In this document: piece after piece, positions 26,704 through 40,739 of the stretch | Layout of the letters: each line of letters starts with the position of its first letter | How positions within the stretch are numbered: the stretch's first letter is position 1 | NCBI GenBank assembly: GCA_951406725.2 | Contig: OX597816.1 | Span: forward strand, 37,448,001 to 37,512,000 | Length of the DNA stretch: 64,000 nt | From: Octopus vulgaris | Taxonomy: Eukaryota | Direction of reading: 5' to 3' | The notes under the pieces: model-generated | The model's input: the letters and a program-made list of their open reading frames with translations, nothing else | What the model was told of the DNA's origin: nothing | Databases searched by the model: none | Translations under genes and position numbers: made by a program

Positions 26704-27849
26704 ATGTATTTAATAGTCTCTCTCTCACTCCATCTATCAAGTCGTTTATCTGTCCATTTCTAGACAACTTGTTTCAACATATCGTGTATCGTCAGTAGAG
26801 TGTGAAACGATCATGATAATTTATCATATTATATTTTGATAGTTCAAAAGATGAAAAACATTGATAAATATGGAATTGTTTGTACATCAAATCAGAAGGA
26901 GAGAAATTAAATAAATGAGAGATTGGAAATAAAGATGAAATGAACTTAATCTATTTTCTAAATCTCATTGTAATTGGCCGACATTTATATATGAAAATGT
27001 TTATCTTAACCATCTTCTCTTCAGTATTCCTGTGTATATGTATGTGTAAAGGCGAACTAGGTACTGGTAGTTTTCACATTCTTGTTTGACCATTGTCTAT
27101 AAGTAGGATACGGTACGATCAACATCGCACGAATAAGTCGCTTGTGTCTCACAAGTCTCCTCAATATAAGTGCTCCTGTAATTAATTCTCTTTGTAAGGG
27201 AGAAAACTTTTTAATATATGAGAAGTGGTTTTTCTTCTTTCCTTTATACTACTACATACATACAACTCAATAATTAACAAACGACTTGTTTTTTTTTTTC
27301 ATATCTTAATAATCTCACAAGTGAATAATAATTTCATATCTTAATAATCTCACAGAAGTATTTCTTATCGATAACTCAGGCAAGACAAGTTCAGCTTCAT
27401 TATTCGCTTGACATCGCTCCTATAGTACCCTACTGTTGAATGGTGGTTAACAAATGTTTTGATAAACATGTGCATATTCTAATCGCCTTTAGACACACAT
27501 ACATAAAGAATAACTGAACACAAAAAGTTGAAAAGGGCAAGTAACGACTAAAAATATTCATATTTTCCAATGATTACCTACGGTGGTATATTCCAAAACT
27601 TGATGTAGAAGAATGAAGAATATTTTACAGTTTATTCAGAAGGGTGAAGCAATTCACATGAACTTTGTATAATCTCTGGAACATGTGAGATTGATACAAC
27701 TGATGTCGAGCTTCACCAGCTGTCTGTCCACATCTGTAGGGAAACAAGAAGCGAAAGAAACTGCGGTGTAGTAACAGTAATACTATTGCATATGGAAGCA
27801 TAACTATACCAGCAGCAACAACAATCCAGGGAGTACTATAGTAGTCGCA

Positions 27850-28176
27850 GTGAGGGCGCGTGGCTTAGTGGTTAGGGCATTCGGCTCATGATCGTAAGGT
27901 TGTGAGTTCGATTCCCGGCGACGCGTTGTGTCCTTGAGCAAGACACTTTATTTCACGTTGCTCCAGTCCACTCAGCTGGCAAAAATGAGTTGTACTTGTA
28001 TTTCAAAGGCTCAGCCTTGTCACTCTCTGTGTCACGTTGATTATCCCCGAGAACTACGTTAAGGGTACACGTGTCTGTGGAATGCTCAGCTATTTGCACG
28101 TTAATTTCACGAGCAAGCTGTTCCGTTGATCGTATCAGCTGGGACCCTCGTCGTCGTAACCGGCGGAGTCTTTTTA
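27850..28176 (+). mobile_element. SINE family B, full length, with 12-bp TSD
   Basis: Head GTGAGGGCGCGTGGCTTAGTGGTTAGG...GAGTTCGATTCCC. TSD ATAGTAGTCGCA at 27838-27849 and 28177-28188. Confidence 0.9.
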
Positions 28177-29745
28177 ATAGTAGTCGCAACATTTTAAACG
28201 TTGGAGAGCACTACATACTCAGTTCTTTTGGAGACTGGGTGAGAATCAGCAACTGACAACTGAAGAGTATTTTCTGGATCTGAAGCGCTTCTGGAATGCT
28301 TCTTCAGTAATGTTAAGTATGCAAAAATGCTGGGAAATAGCAGAAAATATAGTTAGCATCTATAACATTTGAGTGGGTTGTAGTGTATTGTCAATGACTT
28401 GAGAGAGGGAACTAGAATATTGATCTCTCGATATAAGAAAATACTGTCTTTCTACAGTTCAATAGACAATAGTGGAGAATATAGAAGTAAATGTGGGGTA
28501 TAGAAGCACCAATCAATAGAAGACACAATAGGAAATAGCGTCTCAAAATATCACATTATTGTTGAACCACGACCCTCGTTCAAATGCTTTCATGCGAGTG
28601 GGCACCGTTAAAGCAACCAAGTACCTACACAGTGGTGTTAAACCAAGTGGCCTATTATTAGCGTAATGCCCCCAAAAATGGTTAGTTGTGTTTTATTGTT
28701 ATATGAAAGAGTCCGAGACAATGGAGTCGAAGAGAAGAAGCTACGGTGTAGGAATGAGACAATTAAAGATAGGACAACAGTTTCGAAACTAGTCTGAAGT
28801 TTACGAAACTAACGAGCGGTTGTGAGGAGAGGTGGGACGTTATGTGGTCCATTAAATCGTGTCCGCTCGGTGGTTTTGGAATATTAACAAAGAACAAATA
28901 TTTGAATGATTGTGAATATAATAAAGGTAAAAGATAACTCAGTATGCGGAGAGAAAATAGGGACGATTGAGAAGGTACAGTTACTTCAAAGAAGTTATTT
29001 CTATATTTGCTATTTCTATTTCAGTAAAACAACTCAATGGGCGCTAACAACGCTAGTAGTAAAATACAAACTATAAACATATAAACATATAATGAAAGAA
29101 TGATTTTTTAAAATAGTAAAAAAATTATGTAAATATATGTTAAAAAATGGTAACAAAAAACTTGATTTGTAACAAACTAACGATATGGCCGACCGACTAC
29201 TTTCGACACCATTAGAATTCAGATACTCAAAAATAAATAACACAATCTTCAAATTCTAATTCTGTATTACGGTATTGGAGATTGAACAGTGATAATTTAT
29301 TTTTTATTGCTCTACCAAAGTTTGAAGCATGTTTTTGTTGACTGCAGCAACAGTAATTTAGCTAGGGCCTTTGAAGTATCACTTAAGAAAATAACATGTC
29401 TGATTGGTTATTTACCCTATAATTTTCATATCAATGTCTAGTGATGTCTTCAACATAACTACAGACTGTTAACTTTATTTTTGCACTGAATCAGACTATC
29501 TGCCAAAGTTTTCTGCAACAGTGCTTTCGACTGGACCTATGTTATTTTATTCTTTTTTCTGCTTTCGGTCTTTGGAATTTCATATTTTCGGTTTTTTTTA
29601 GTGTGTGATTTCAGCTACATCACCTGTTTTGATGTATATTTATCGAGTCAGTTAAAGTTGAACACAAACACAGACACTGGCACAGATATACACACATTCA
29701 TGTGTGTATGTGTATGTGTGTGTGCGTGTGTGTGCGTGCGTGTGT

Positions 29746-29790
<45 letters not shown>

Positions 29791-30480
29791 TGTGTGTATG
29801 TGTTTGTGTGCATGAGTGTGTGTACGTGTGTAGCTTCATACGGTCAAAACTGATATACGTTTCGCTATGTTGCACCAGTGGTCTCTATTTCCCATTATCT
29901 TTTCTTTTGAACATCCTAAATTTCATGTGTGTCTCTATTAACATCAATGTAGCTGAGTGGTGGGGGGTCTTCGTTCTCTTAGGAAGCGAAAGTCTAATAT
30001 GACCTGTTCTAATTTCAGTTTTAATCTTCTCATCACCAAATGCTCAGGCATCAGAGCGCTTACTGGTGGGAAGACTTAAAATAAAAAATAAAGTAAATTT
30101 AAGGGTTTTGCTACTTATTATGTGTTCCTAAATTGCTGTCATGTCGAAAGAAGCCCGTTGGCTATATTGTTAACTCGTTACAAATCAAGATTTATTCGTT
30201 TTATCATTTTTATGTTCGCATACATAAACTCAACTCGCTTCGCCATCCACTCGCTTGTTTGCTAAACTTCGGGCTTGTTTCTAAGCATTACAACAATTTG
30301 AAATAACCCGCTTTCCTTGCTCGATTAAATGGAGCCGCTTGAAACGGCAGTAATGCACTAATACCTGGACATCCTTGTTACTTTTTTGCTTTTTAATTCA
30401 CCTAACTTCGAGCTGTGCGGACAATACCGGACTGACTTGGTGCCTCAACTTAAGTACCTAATTCAACTAAATCTTAATTT

Positions 30481-30626
<146 letters not shown>

Positions 30627-30902
30627 GTTAATTCGAGGAAGTAGAGTCCTCATTAGGGATTATATAATCCAAGGTATTCCACTGGTTCCATCCATATCAT
30701 ATAATGGTAAAGTCATTTGTATATGTTTAGGATTATAATTTTTTTTTGATATTGACGAGAAAACGAGGAGAGGAAAATGGAGAATAAATGGATGCAATTA
30801 CTGATTTATTTACATGTTGTAGAATGATGACGTTTTTTAAAAAAAAACCATTACAAATAAATTGGAAGTTGAAAGCTCAAGAAGTTAAGAAAAAAGCGTA
30901 AG

Positions 30903-30992
<90 letters not shown>

Positions 30993-32100
30993 AAGATATT
31001 ATTTATTTTGTTATCATTAGTGTTCTTTCAAACAGAAAATAATTTTAAAAAATAATTAAAAAAAAAAAAAAGATATAAAAATATAAAAATACGCTGTATT
31101 CTATCTTTATAATCTTTATAATTTCGTCCCCCGTACCTGCCACACACTCTCTCCTTCTATTTCTATCTCTCTCATACATTTTTATTATTTGTTATCATTA
31201 TTGTTCTTTCAAACAGAAAATAATAATTAAAAAGATATAAAAATACGCGCTATTCTATCTTTATAATCTCTCCCTCTCTTTCTTACATTTCTATTTCTAT
31301 CTCTCTCATACAGTTTATACCTTATCTGTCTCCCCATCCACCAGACCCTCTATTTCCGCTCTCACTCTCCCCTCCTCCCTCTCTCTCTTTCTGCATCTCT
31401 CTCAGATCAACTTTCTCTCACCTCACCCCCTCTCTCAGTTCCTCAACTTCACTCATTCTCTCTCTCTGTTACTCCCCCTCCCTCTCTCTGCCTCTTTCCT
31501 CTCCGCTCCTTCACAGGTCAAACCCCTTTTCCTCTTCCCCTTCTGTCCCCTTATTTCTTTCTCTACACCACCCTCCCTGTCCCTTTACTACACTCTGTTG
31601 CGCCCCCTCTCTTCCTCTTCCCCCTTTTTTCTTCCTACCTTTCCTCTCCCTGTTCCCTCTAAGGCTCACCACCCCCTGTCTCTTTTTTCCTCTCTCTGTC
31701 TCCTTCCTCCACACCACCCTCTCTGTCCCTTTACTTCACTCCCTGGTACCTCTATCCTGCCCTCTCTCTCTCTCCCTCTCCATTTCATCTCTCTCTTCCT
31801 CTCCATTTTATCTCTCCGCCTTTCTTCTCCCTGCTCCCCCTAGGGTCCACCCTCTTTTCTCACTTTTCCACCCTGTCCCTTTCTACTACACCTCTATCCC
31901 GCTCACTCTCCCCCTGCTGACCTGCCATTCTTTCACCTTTCTCTTTTTTCCCTCTTATTTTCTCTCTTTCTCTCTTCTCTCAGGACAATCCCCTCGTCTC
32001 TCTCTATCCCCCCCCCTAGCTTTTCTCCTTTCTCTTCTCCCTCTCCATATCTCTCCTTCTCTATCTCTCTCTCTCTGTTCCTATATTTCACTAGAAGAAA

Positions 32101-32892
32101 ATGGCAAGAAACTGGTCTGCGAGAGAGGTGCAATTGTTCGTCCGCGCTTGGAAGATCGCTGAGGACGACTCGCCGAACGACATTATTGCTGCGGCACTGA
32201 AAAGCAACAATTTTTCGAGAACCACCGCCCAGATAGAGCGAAAGAAGAGAGAAGTTATCCGTTCGTACGCTCTAATCAGGCAACATGTGGACACCCTGGA
32301 CATCATCCTGGGAGGTGACGGCAGCAGGGAGGGCCAAAAGGATGAGGAAAGCATCCAGAGCCAAATGGAGAAGCCTGGGACACAGGGAAACGATGACACA
32401 TGTCCAGCTTCCAACACCACAACTGAAGACCAAAGAGGTGCGATGGCCGCAAGAAAGGAAAGGCACCCTGGAATTGATGGGAAGCAGGAGGTAAAGGGTG
32501 ACAGAATCAAGGCTAAAGGAAGCCCTGTCCAGAGAAAGCAGAGGGACCCCAGCAAAAACTGTAAGGGCAGGGAAAGAAACACCTGCAAATTCTACCTGAG
32601 GGGGGACTGCTGGTACGGCGTTGAAGGTGCAAACTGTCGCTTTGCACATCGGAGGCCCTACCAAAACCGCACGGACGCGAGACAGAGGTCCCTCCCTCAG
32701 GGAGAACAAAAACAAAAACAAAAACAAAAAGTTAAAAGAAGGGAAAAAAGCGCACTGACCACTACTGAAAGACGGTATGCAGATGTGGTGCGCGGAAACC
32801 CAACAGGTGGCCAGCTTCACCCAGATGTGAGAAGGGTGGCAGCTGAACAGCAGTCTTTTTGTGCATGGCACAAAAAATTGTTCAGCAGCTGA
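32101..32892 (+). CDS. LINE ORF1: Myb/SANT-like N-terminus plus CCCH zinc finger; likely continues to 33008 across a 1-nt frameshift
   Basis: WSAREVQLFVRAW...RTTAQIERKK and CKFYLRGDCWYGVEGANCRFAH. Confidence 0.75.
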   Translation: MARNWSAREVQLFVRAWKIAEDDSPNDIIAAALKSNNFSRTTAQIERKKREVIRSYALIRQHVDTLDIILGGDGSREGQKDEESIQSQMEKPGTQGNDDTCPASNTTTEDQRGAMAARKERHPGIDGKQEVKGDRIKAKGSPVQRKQRDPSKNCKGRERNTCKFYLRGDCWYGVEGANCRFAHRRPYQNRTDARQRSLPQGEQKQKQKQKVKRREKSALTTTERRYADVVRGNPTGGQLHPDVRRVAAEQQSFCAWHKKLFSS

Positions 32893-32953
32893 CCTGGCTA
32901 CAAGCACAAAGCTGGAACTACCACCACATAAGGCCACCTCCAACAGATGCAGG

Positions 32954-35900
32954 ATGGCCACCACAGACACCAACACCAACACACACACCACAAAAATATT
33001 TCTACTGAATGTAGGAGGGCTGCTGCGCGGAAACTGTAAAAAGAAAATTTCATTCCTGAGAGACCTTGTGACATGCAATCAAGCTATATGCATGGCACTC
33101 ACAGAAACGCATCTTGAACCCGATATAGGTGATGCAGAAATACACATGCCGCAATATGCAGTCATACGCACAGATAGAAAAGGGAGGAGCCATGGTGGAG
33201 TTGCAATGTACATCCGAGATGACCTCACGCCCCAGGTCCTGCTGTCATATTCAAACTCAGTATGTGAAACTCAAATTGTACACATAAGACAACTGAATAT
33301 CGTCATATGCACTACATATCGCCCACCAGATGCCCCAAAACACTCAGGCATGTTTGAAGACTGCCTAACAAAAATAGGAGAAGTCCTCACCAACCTTGAA
33401 CAGCACAACAGTGTATTCTTCATGGGTGACTTTAACCTCCCCAATGTGGAATGGCCTGGGGGGCAGATGCTCCCAGGGATGACACACCATCAGCAGGCAC
33501 AGGTGGAGTCCCTGCTCCATCTCACAAATGCCTCTTTCATGGAGCAAATAGTTCTGCAACCAACAAGGGCAGATAATATACTGGATCTCTGCTTCACAAA
33601 CAATATGGATATTATCCATAATGTTAATGTGATGCCGACAATGATCTCGGATCACAACATAATAGAGCTGTCTATGTATGGAACAAAAGCCCCCGCAGAC
33701 ACACAGCCTATACGAAGCATCCACCATCTCTCCAACTTAAACTTTCATAAAGCCAACTGGAAGTCGATTGAGAAAGAGATCCTCAAACAGGATTGGCCTG
33801 AATGTCTCTCCACACCGGACATAAACATGAAACACAAACACTTCATGTCCATAATACAAGCCATATGTGACAAATATGTCCCAATGTGCAGGGCCAGCAC
33901 ACACAAGAACAAAAACAGGATCCCTAGAGAAAGGAGGATTCTTATGAGACGACGGACAAGGATTGCAAACCGCCTGAGCAAGCACACCAAAAGTGGTGAG
34001 AAGTCTCGGCTCGAAAGAATGCTAATGGAAACTGAGAAAAGTCTACATCAGTCCCATGAAAAGGAGAGAGCAGATAAAGAAGCTTGGGTAGTAGAAAATA
34101 TAAAATCAAACCCTAAAGCTTTCTTTAAGTTTGCCAAAGAGACAGTCACAGTGCACCAGAGAATAGGACCTCTCTTCCAAAAAGATGGCTCTCTCACAGG
34201 AAATCCCACGAGGATAAGTGAAATACTGAACGAACAGTTCCAAAGTGTGTTCACTACACCTCTAGGACACAGGCAAGTAAACAACCCAGAAGAATTCTTT
34301 GCCACTTTACCAGCGGCCAAAGAGACAAAAATTGAGTACATCAACATCGAAGAAGATGATATCACACTAGCCATTGATGAGATTGACACAAACTCAACTG
34401 CTGGACCTGATGGATTCCCAGCGATCCTTCTCAAATCGTGCAAACGAGCCCTTGCAAAACCGCTACAGCTTCTTTTTCAGAGCTTTCTTGCAAGTGGTAA
34501 GCTCCCAGTCAAACTGAAAGAGGGGGTAATATGCCCTATCCATAAGGGAGGTAGCAGAGCAGATGCTAAAAATTATAGGCCTATCTCTCTGACCTCACAC
34601 ATCAGCAAAGTCATGGAACGAATAGTCCGTAAGAAACTAATCATGTTCCTTGAAGAAAATGACTTACTGTCTGACACCCAGCATGGATTTCAACCAGGTA
34701 GAGGCTGCCTAACACAGCTCCTGCAACACTATGACTGGGTGTTGAAACAGCTACTAAATGGCTCAAATGTGGATGTAATATATCTTGACTTTGCAAAAGC
34801 CTTTGATAAAGTCGACCATGGTATGATCTGTCACAAACTGCGTGGTCTCGGCATAGGCGGGAAACTTGGAGAGTGGCTGCACAACTTCCTAAAAGACAGA
34901 AAACAGGCAGTTGTGAGCAATGGAGCCACCTCCAGGGAAACGCAAATAACAAGCGGTGTCCCACAGGGCACTGTCTTGGGGCCACTGATGTTCATAGTGG
35001 CCCTTTCAGACATGCCTTCAGTTGCTACGATGACCACTCTTGCTAGCTATGCAGATGACACAAAAGTCTCCCACGCAATACAAAACCCTGAAAATATTGC
35101 GCATCTGCAACATGAGCTGGACACAATATACAGGTGGGCTGAGGACAACAACATGCAGTTTAATGCAGGTAAGTTCCAGGCCCTGCGCTACTGGCATACA
35201 AAGGTAAATAACGTGAAGACTGGATACACTGGCCCAGGAAGAATTGCAAGCCCTGAGTCAAAATCAGTGCGTGACCTGGGCATTGACATGAGCAATGATG
35301 CATCTTTCCAAATGCATATTGCTAATCTGGTGATAAAATGCAGGCGGCTAGCTGGATGGATTCTCCGAACTTTCAGAACAAGAGAGAAGGAGACACTGAT
35401 GGTCCTATGGAAAACATTTGTCCTCAGCCGCTTGGACTACTGCTCCCAACTTTGGTCACCACACAATATAAAACAAACAGCAGAACTCGAAGCAACTCAG
35501 AGAAGCTACACAAAGAAAATCGTCTCAATGCAAAATGTCAGCTACTGGGAAAGACTGAAGGTATTAAACCTCTTCTCCCTGGAGCGGAGGCGGGAGAGAT
35601 ATGCAGTGATATACATCTGGAAAATCCTGGAGGGTCTTGTCCCAAACTTTGGCATTCAAAGTTACTCCAACCGCAGAACGGGCGCCGCTGCGTGGTGCCA
35701 AGGATTCCAACATCACCATCAAAATACAGGTCCAGATACTGCAACAGCTTGGGTTTCAGAGGACCACAGCTCTTTAACATCCTCCCTAAATGCCTGAGAG
35801 ACTTACATGGTGTGGATGTGGGTTTCTTTAAAACTAAACTGGATCTCTTCTTGTTGGGAGTTCCAGATGAACCTACCTCACGACGGGAGACACGGATGCG

Positions 35901-35964
35901 GGCAGCAGCATCGAACTCCCTTGTTGATCAAGTGCCACGTATCAGAGGTGGATTCACAAACTAG
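32954..35964 (+). pseudogene. LINE ORF2 (APE endonuclease + reverse transcriptase) with one frameshift near 35680
   Basis: ALTETHL, GDFNLP, SDHNII, AGPDG, NYRPISLTS, QHGF, YLDFAKAFDKVDH, GVPQGTVLGPLMF, YADD and SLERRRERY. The C-terminus (FRGPQLFNILP...FKTKLDLFL..VPDEP) is in the frame of ORF 35338-35964. Confidence 0.92.
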
Positions 35965-36051
35965 TGTAGCTCATTCAGCGGTGGTGCCCCAGCATGGCCG
36001 CGGCCTTCGGGCTAAAACATTTTTAAGGATTTAAAGGATTTAAGGATTTAA

Positions 36052-36176
<125 letters not shown>

Positions 36177-36179
36177 TAT

Positions 36180-36407
36180 AGGCGAGCTGGCAGAAACGTT
36201 AGCACGCCGGGCGAAACGCGTTGCCGTATTTCGTCTGCCGTTACGTTCCGAGATCCAATTCCGCCGAGCTCGACTTTGCCTTTCATCCTTCCGGGGTCGA
36301 TAATTTAAGTACCAGTTACGCAGTTGGGTCGATGTAATCGACTTAATCCGTTTGTCTGTCCTTGTTTGTCTCCTCTGTGTTTAGCCCCTTGTGGGTAGTA
36401 AAGAAAT
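36180..36407 (+). mobile_element. SINE family D (central domain resembles the MetaSINE domain)
   Basis: GGCGAGCTGGCAGAAACGTTAGC...GCCTTTCATCCTTCCGGGGTCGATAA..TAAGTACC, flanked by (TA)n. Confidence 0.85.
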
Positions 36408-36726
36408 ATATATATATATATGTTCTGTCAAACCAATAAGTAGATGGGAATCTCCAAAACATGTTTAATGTCAAAGAAATTCCCACATTCATACTATTTT
36501 ATGGTTGGATTTCTTCAGGGTTCACAAAGAGCTAACTCCACTTAGGTGATCATTGTATCTTTTGAGGGAAGTGTGTAGTGTTAGCAGGTTAAAGTTAAAA
36601 ACAGTTTAGAGATTCTGTTTGATTGATAGGTTTTCAGTATTTGTGGATATACTATATACATTTACAAAATATTATAATTAGTAAACAGATAAATAAATAG
36701 AAAAAAAAGAAAAGAGAAATATAATA

Positions 36727-37320
<594 letters not shown>

Positions 37321-37582
37321 GAAAAATAAATAAAGCTAAATTCTATAGATGGTTCTAATTGGTTTAGTGAGAGATACATATGTTGTCATGATTCAGGATG
37401 GGTAGAAATTTGAAAAAAAAGCCATTGTAGTACTTGACCAGTAGGGCTTACTTATCAACCCTTATTGATTAGGGTATGTAGGTGCATATTTGAATGCAGT
37501 TGAGAGGTTAACGAGAATAGGATAGGAAATACCAAGTATATAGCGGCTCGTATGTATTTTAATTGAGCATATATGTTCAGAA

Positions 37583-37969
37583 GTGGAGGCGCAATGGCCC
37601 AGTGGTTAGGGCAGCGGACTCGCGGTCATAGGTTCGCGGTTTCGATTCCCAGACCGGGCGTTGTGAGTGTTTATTGAGCGAAAACACCTAAAGCTCCACG
37701 AGGCTCCGGCAGGGATTGTGGTGATCCCTGCTGTTCTCTTTCACCACAACTTTCTCTCACTCTTACTTCCTGTTTCTGTTGTACCTGTATTTCAAAGGGC
37801 CGGCCTTGTCACTTTCTGTGTCACGCTGAATGTCCCCGAGAACTACGTTAAGGGTACACGTGTCTGTGGAGTGCTCAGCCACTTACACGTTAATTTCACG
37901 AGCAGGCTGTTCCGTTGATTCGGATCAACCGGAACCCTCGTCGTCGTAACCGACGGAGTGCTTCCATCC
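37583..37969 (+). mobile_element. Chimeric SINE (family A head, family B 3' half) with 12-bp TSD
   Basis: TSD ATATGTTCAGAA at 37571-37582 and 37970-37981. Confidence 0.9.
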
Positions 37970-39298
37970 ATATGTTCAGAAAATAAATAAATAGACATGC
38001 ATATGAACACATGTATATATGTGTACATAGATGCATGCGTACAGATTAACATAAACCAAAAATATAAACACACACATGCACATATATGAAAAAGTATATG
38101 CATGCGTATGGATATGGATACAGAAAAAACACACCTATATAGGTAGGGAAATTAACAAAATATAGCGAAAATGGGGTTTATAGGGAAAACAAAAATGGGG
38201 GGGGTTCTAATAGGTATTTAATTTATAGGTACATTATTAGGCTAAATAAAATACTAGATGCTTAAAAACCAAATTTGATTTGATATTTACAATACTAGGA
38301 AGACCTATGGAAAACAGAGTAACCAAAGATAGGGGGAAAAGAAGAATACGGTTGTTAATAATCTATAAATTACTTATGTTTATGTTTGTTGTACACGGGT
38401 TTGATATAAATAAAAATAGAAATAGACGTTATGTTAATAGCGCTAAACAGTAAGAGACTAGGATGAGAATATGTCGAGGTTCCCGTCAAGAAATTAGTTA
38501 CTATAAGGAAGATATGTTTAGCAGGTGTGATGTTAATATTCTAAAAAAACAAAGAAGGGAAAATAAGAATAATAAGAGGAAGAATACGGTGATTAGATTA
38601 TCTATATATTTTGGGAAAGATAGTCGGTATGCACCGGGTTTTTGGATATATAAGAAACGAAAGTTAAGATCTGCTATGTACGCAACCAATTAGAATTTTC
38701 ATTAAGTAATTTTTTATAAAAAGGTGTTGAGTCCAGAAATAAAAGGGAATATAGGTTTTGTACTTTGAATGGCTAATGTGCTGAATATAATAATGTCTAA
38801 AAACAAAAAGGTATTGTTTCATGTGTACACCGTAAAGAAAGGTTTGGATCGAAGCATGAAAGTAAAGTAAAATCAGCGAATTTTTAGAAAAACTTCTAGA
38901 GGTACGTATATAATTATCTAGGATATCAAAAAAGATTAACCATATGATACATGTGCCGGGCTTCAGGAGAAAAATAAGATTTTTTCTATAAATTTAGGAT
39001 TAAATAAATAACTAGAAAGATAAGAAGATGAATGAGGTATTAGGATATTGAAACAAAATAAATAAGATGGAGGATAGATGGAAGTTATTTTTAAAAAATA
39101 GTTTTATTGACCGTTAATTGATTAGGGTATGTAGGTAGGTATTTAAAATGCAGTTGTGAATACATTGCGGGCATATCCATGTGGATTCACAAATTACACA
39201 TGGAGGTATGTAAGCAGGCATGGATAAGTGTATACGACATGCATGCATATATATATAAACACATTCATACATACATGCACATGTACATAGGTATATAC

Positions 39299-39330
<32 letters not shown>

Positions 39331-39350
39331 ACACATGGGCATGTTCTATG

Positions 39351-39990
39351 TTAAGGTGCGTATTTGATATAAAAGGCTTTAGCCTGAGATAAGGTTTTCC
39401 ACCTAATTTTAAAATTAATGTTCTTATCTTTTAATTGCCATATAAATTTACTCAGGCTAGTTGATGAACGTTTGTTAGGATTTCGAAAAGTAAGCTCATG
39501 GTTCGCGAGCCTAGCCTTAATAAAGGTTTTGCAAGAACCGATATAAGAGTAGTGTTTACCAGCAACTTCCACTGTGGCTTGGTAAAGTACATTTTTTCTT
39601 TTGCAGTGATTATTGAATTTACACCGATCTTTAATTCTACAATCACAAAACTTACTAATATTATCAGGGGGAATTTTATGTTTGTTGGGGCAAGTGGTTT
39701 CCCCTTGATTGTTAAGTTGATGTGTTACACGTTTAGCGTAAAATTCATCTACTTTAGAATAATTAAGATATGATATGTACCTAAATAGATTACGAATTAC
39801 TGAGAAGCCATATCGGAACAAACCATTGTTGAGTAATTCACTGTATTTGTTTTTGTTTATGTTGAACTGTTTATTGGTTATCTTGCGTATTATAAATATT
39901 ATATTAGATTTACTCGTTTGGCGAAAGGCAAAATGAATCAAATTATATTTTTATTATCTCTATTATTATTACCATTACCAGAAATGTGAT
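39351..39990 (-). pseudogene. Naiad-like PLE linker + GIY-YIG remnant
   Basis: FCDCRIKDRCKFNNHCKRKNVLYQATV...YSYIGSCKTFIKARLANHE..RNPNKRSSTSLSKFIWQLKD. Confidence 0.8.
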
Positions 39991-40224
39991 TATGGTAGTT
40001 ATCTGTTGTGGATTTAATATAAGGTATGTAGTTTCTATTTATTTTTACATTGTGTGTAGCATTAGGGTCTTTCAGATAAATTGAAACATTTTACAATGCT
40101 TAAAACTGCTTATAAATACTAAAATAATGGTAGTAGACATATAATTTTAATCTTATTTACTACACGCTTTTTTCAATTATATATAGGTATGTCATATTTT
40201 CCGTTTGTTGTCTTTTCATTTAAT

Positions 40225-40283
<59 letters not shown>

Positions 40284-40451
40284 TGAAGTATATATTTACC
40301 ACTTAAATGTGGCTAACCCTTAAGGGTGGATGCTACTGTAGCTTGTATCTCCAAGAAGACACCTCCTCTAGCTGGCTATTGACACGCTTTCTGTGCCCTA
40401 TCAGTATTTGCAAAGGGAAGCTATCCTTCCCATCTCCAGCCTGATGTGATA

Positions 40452-40496
40452 CACACAGACCCAAGTTTCTGGGTATTGACCCGTCATCAGCGTGTG
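40452..40496 (-). ncRNA. Type I hammerhead ribozyme
   Basis: Minus: CACACG-CTGATGA-CGGGTCAATACCCA-GAAA-CTTGGG-TC^-TGTGTG. Confidence 0.8.
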
Positions 40497-40540
40497 ACAA
40501 TCACCGGTTTTCGATGTGAACTGGTTCCCAATGCAAATAT

Positions 40541-40663
<123 letters not shown>

Positions 40664-40739
40664 TGTATAATGATTACTTAGATAAACATGACAGCTGTTT
40701 CTGCTCCACTAGATTGATAAGAGGTAGACTCCCACAATA

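Noticed and set aside
32091-33078. Antisense ORFs over the LINE (165 aa, 268 aa)
   Set aside because: Shadow frames of GC-richer coding sequence with no motifs.
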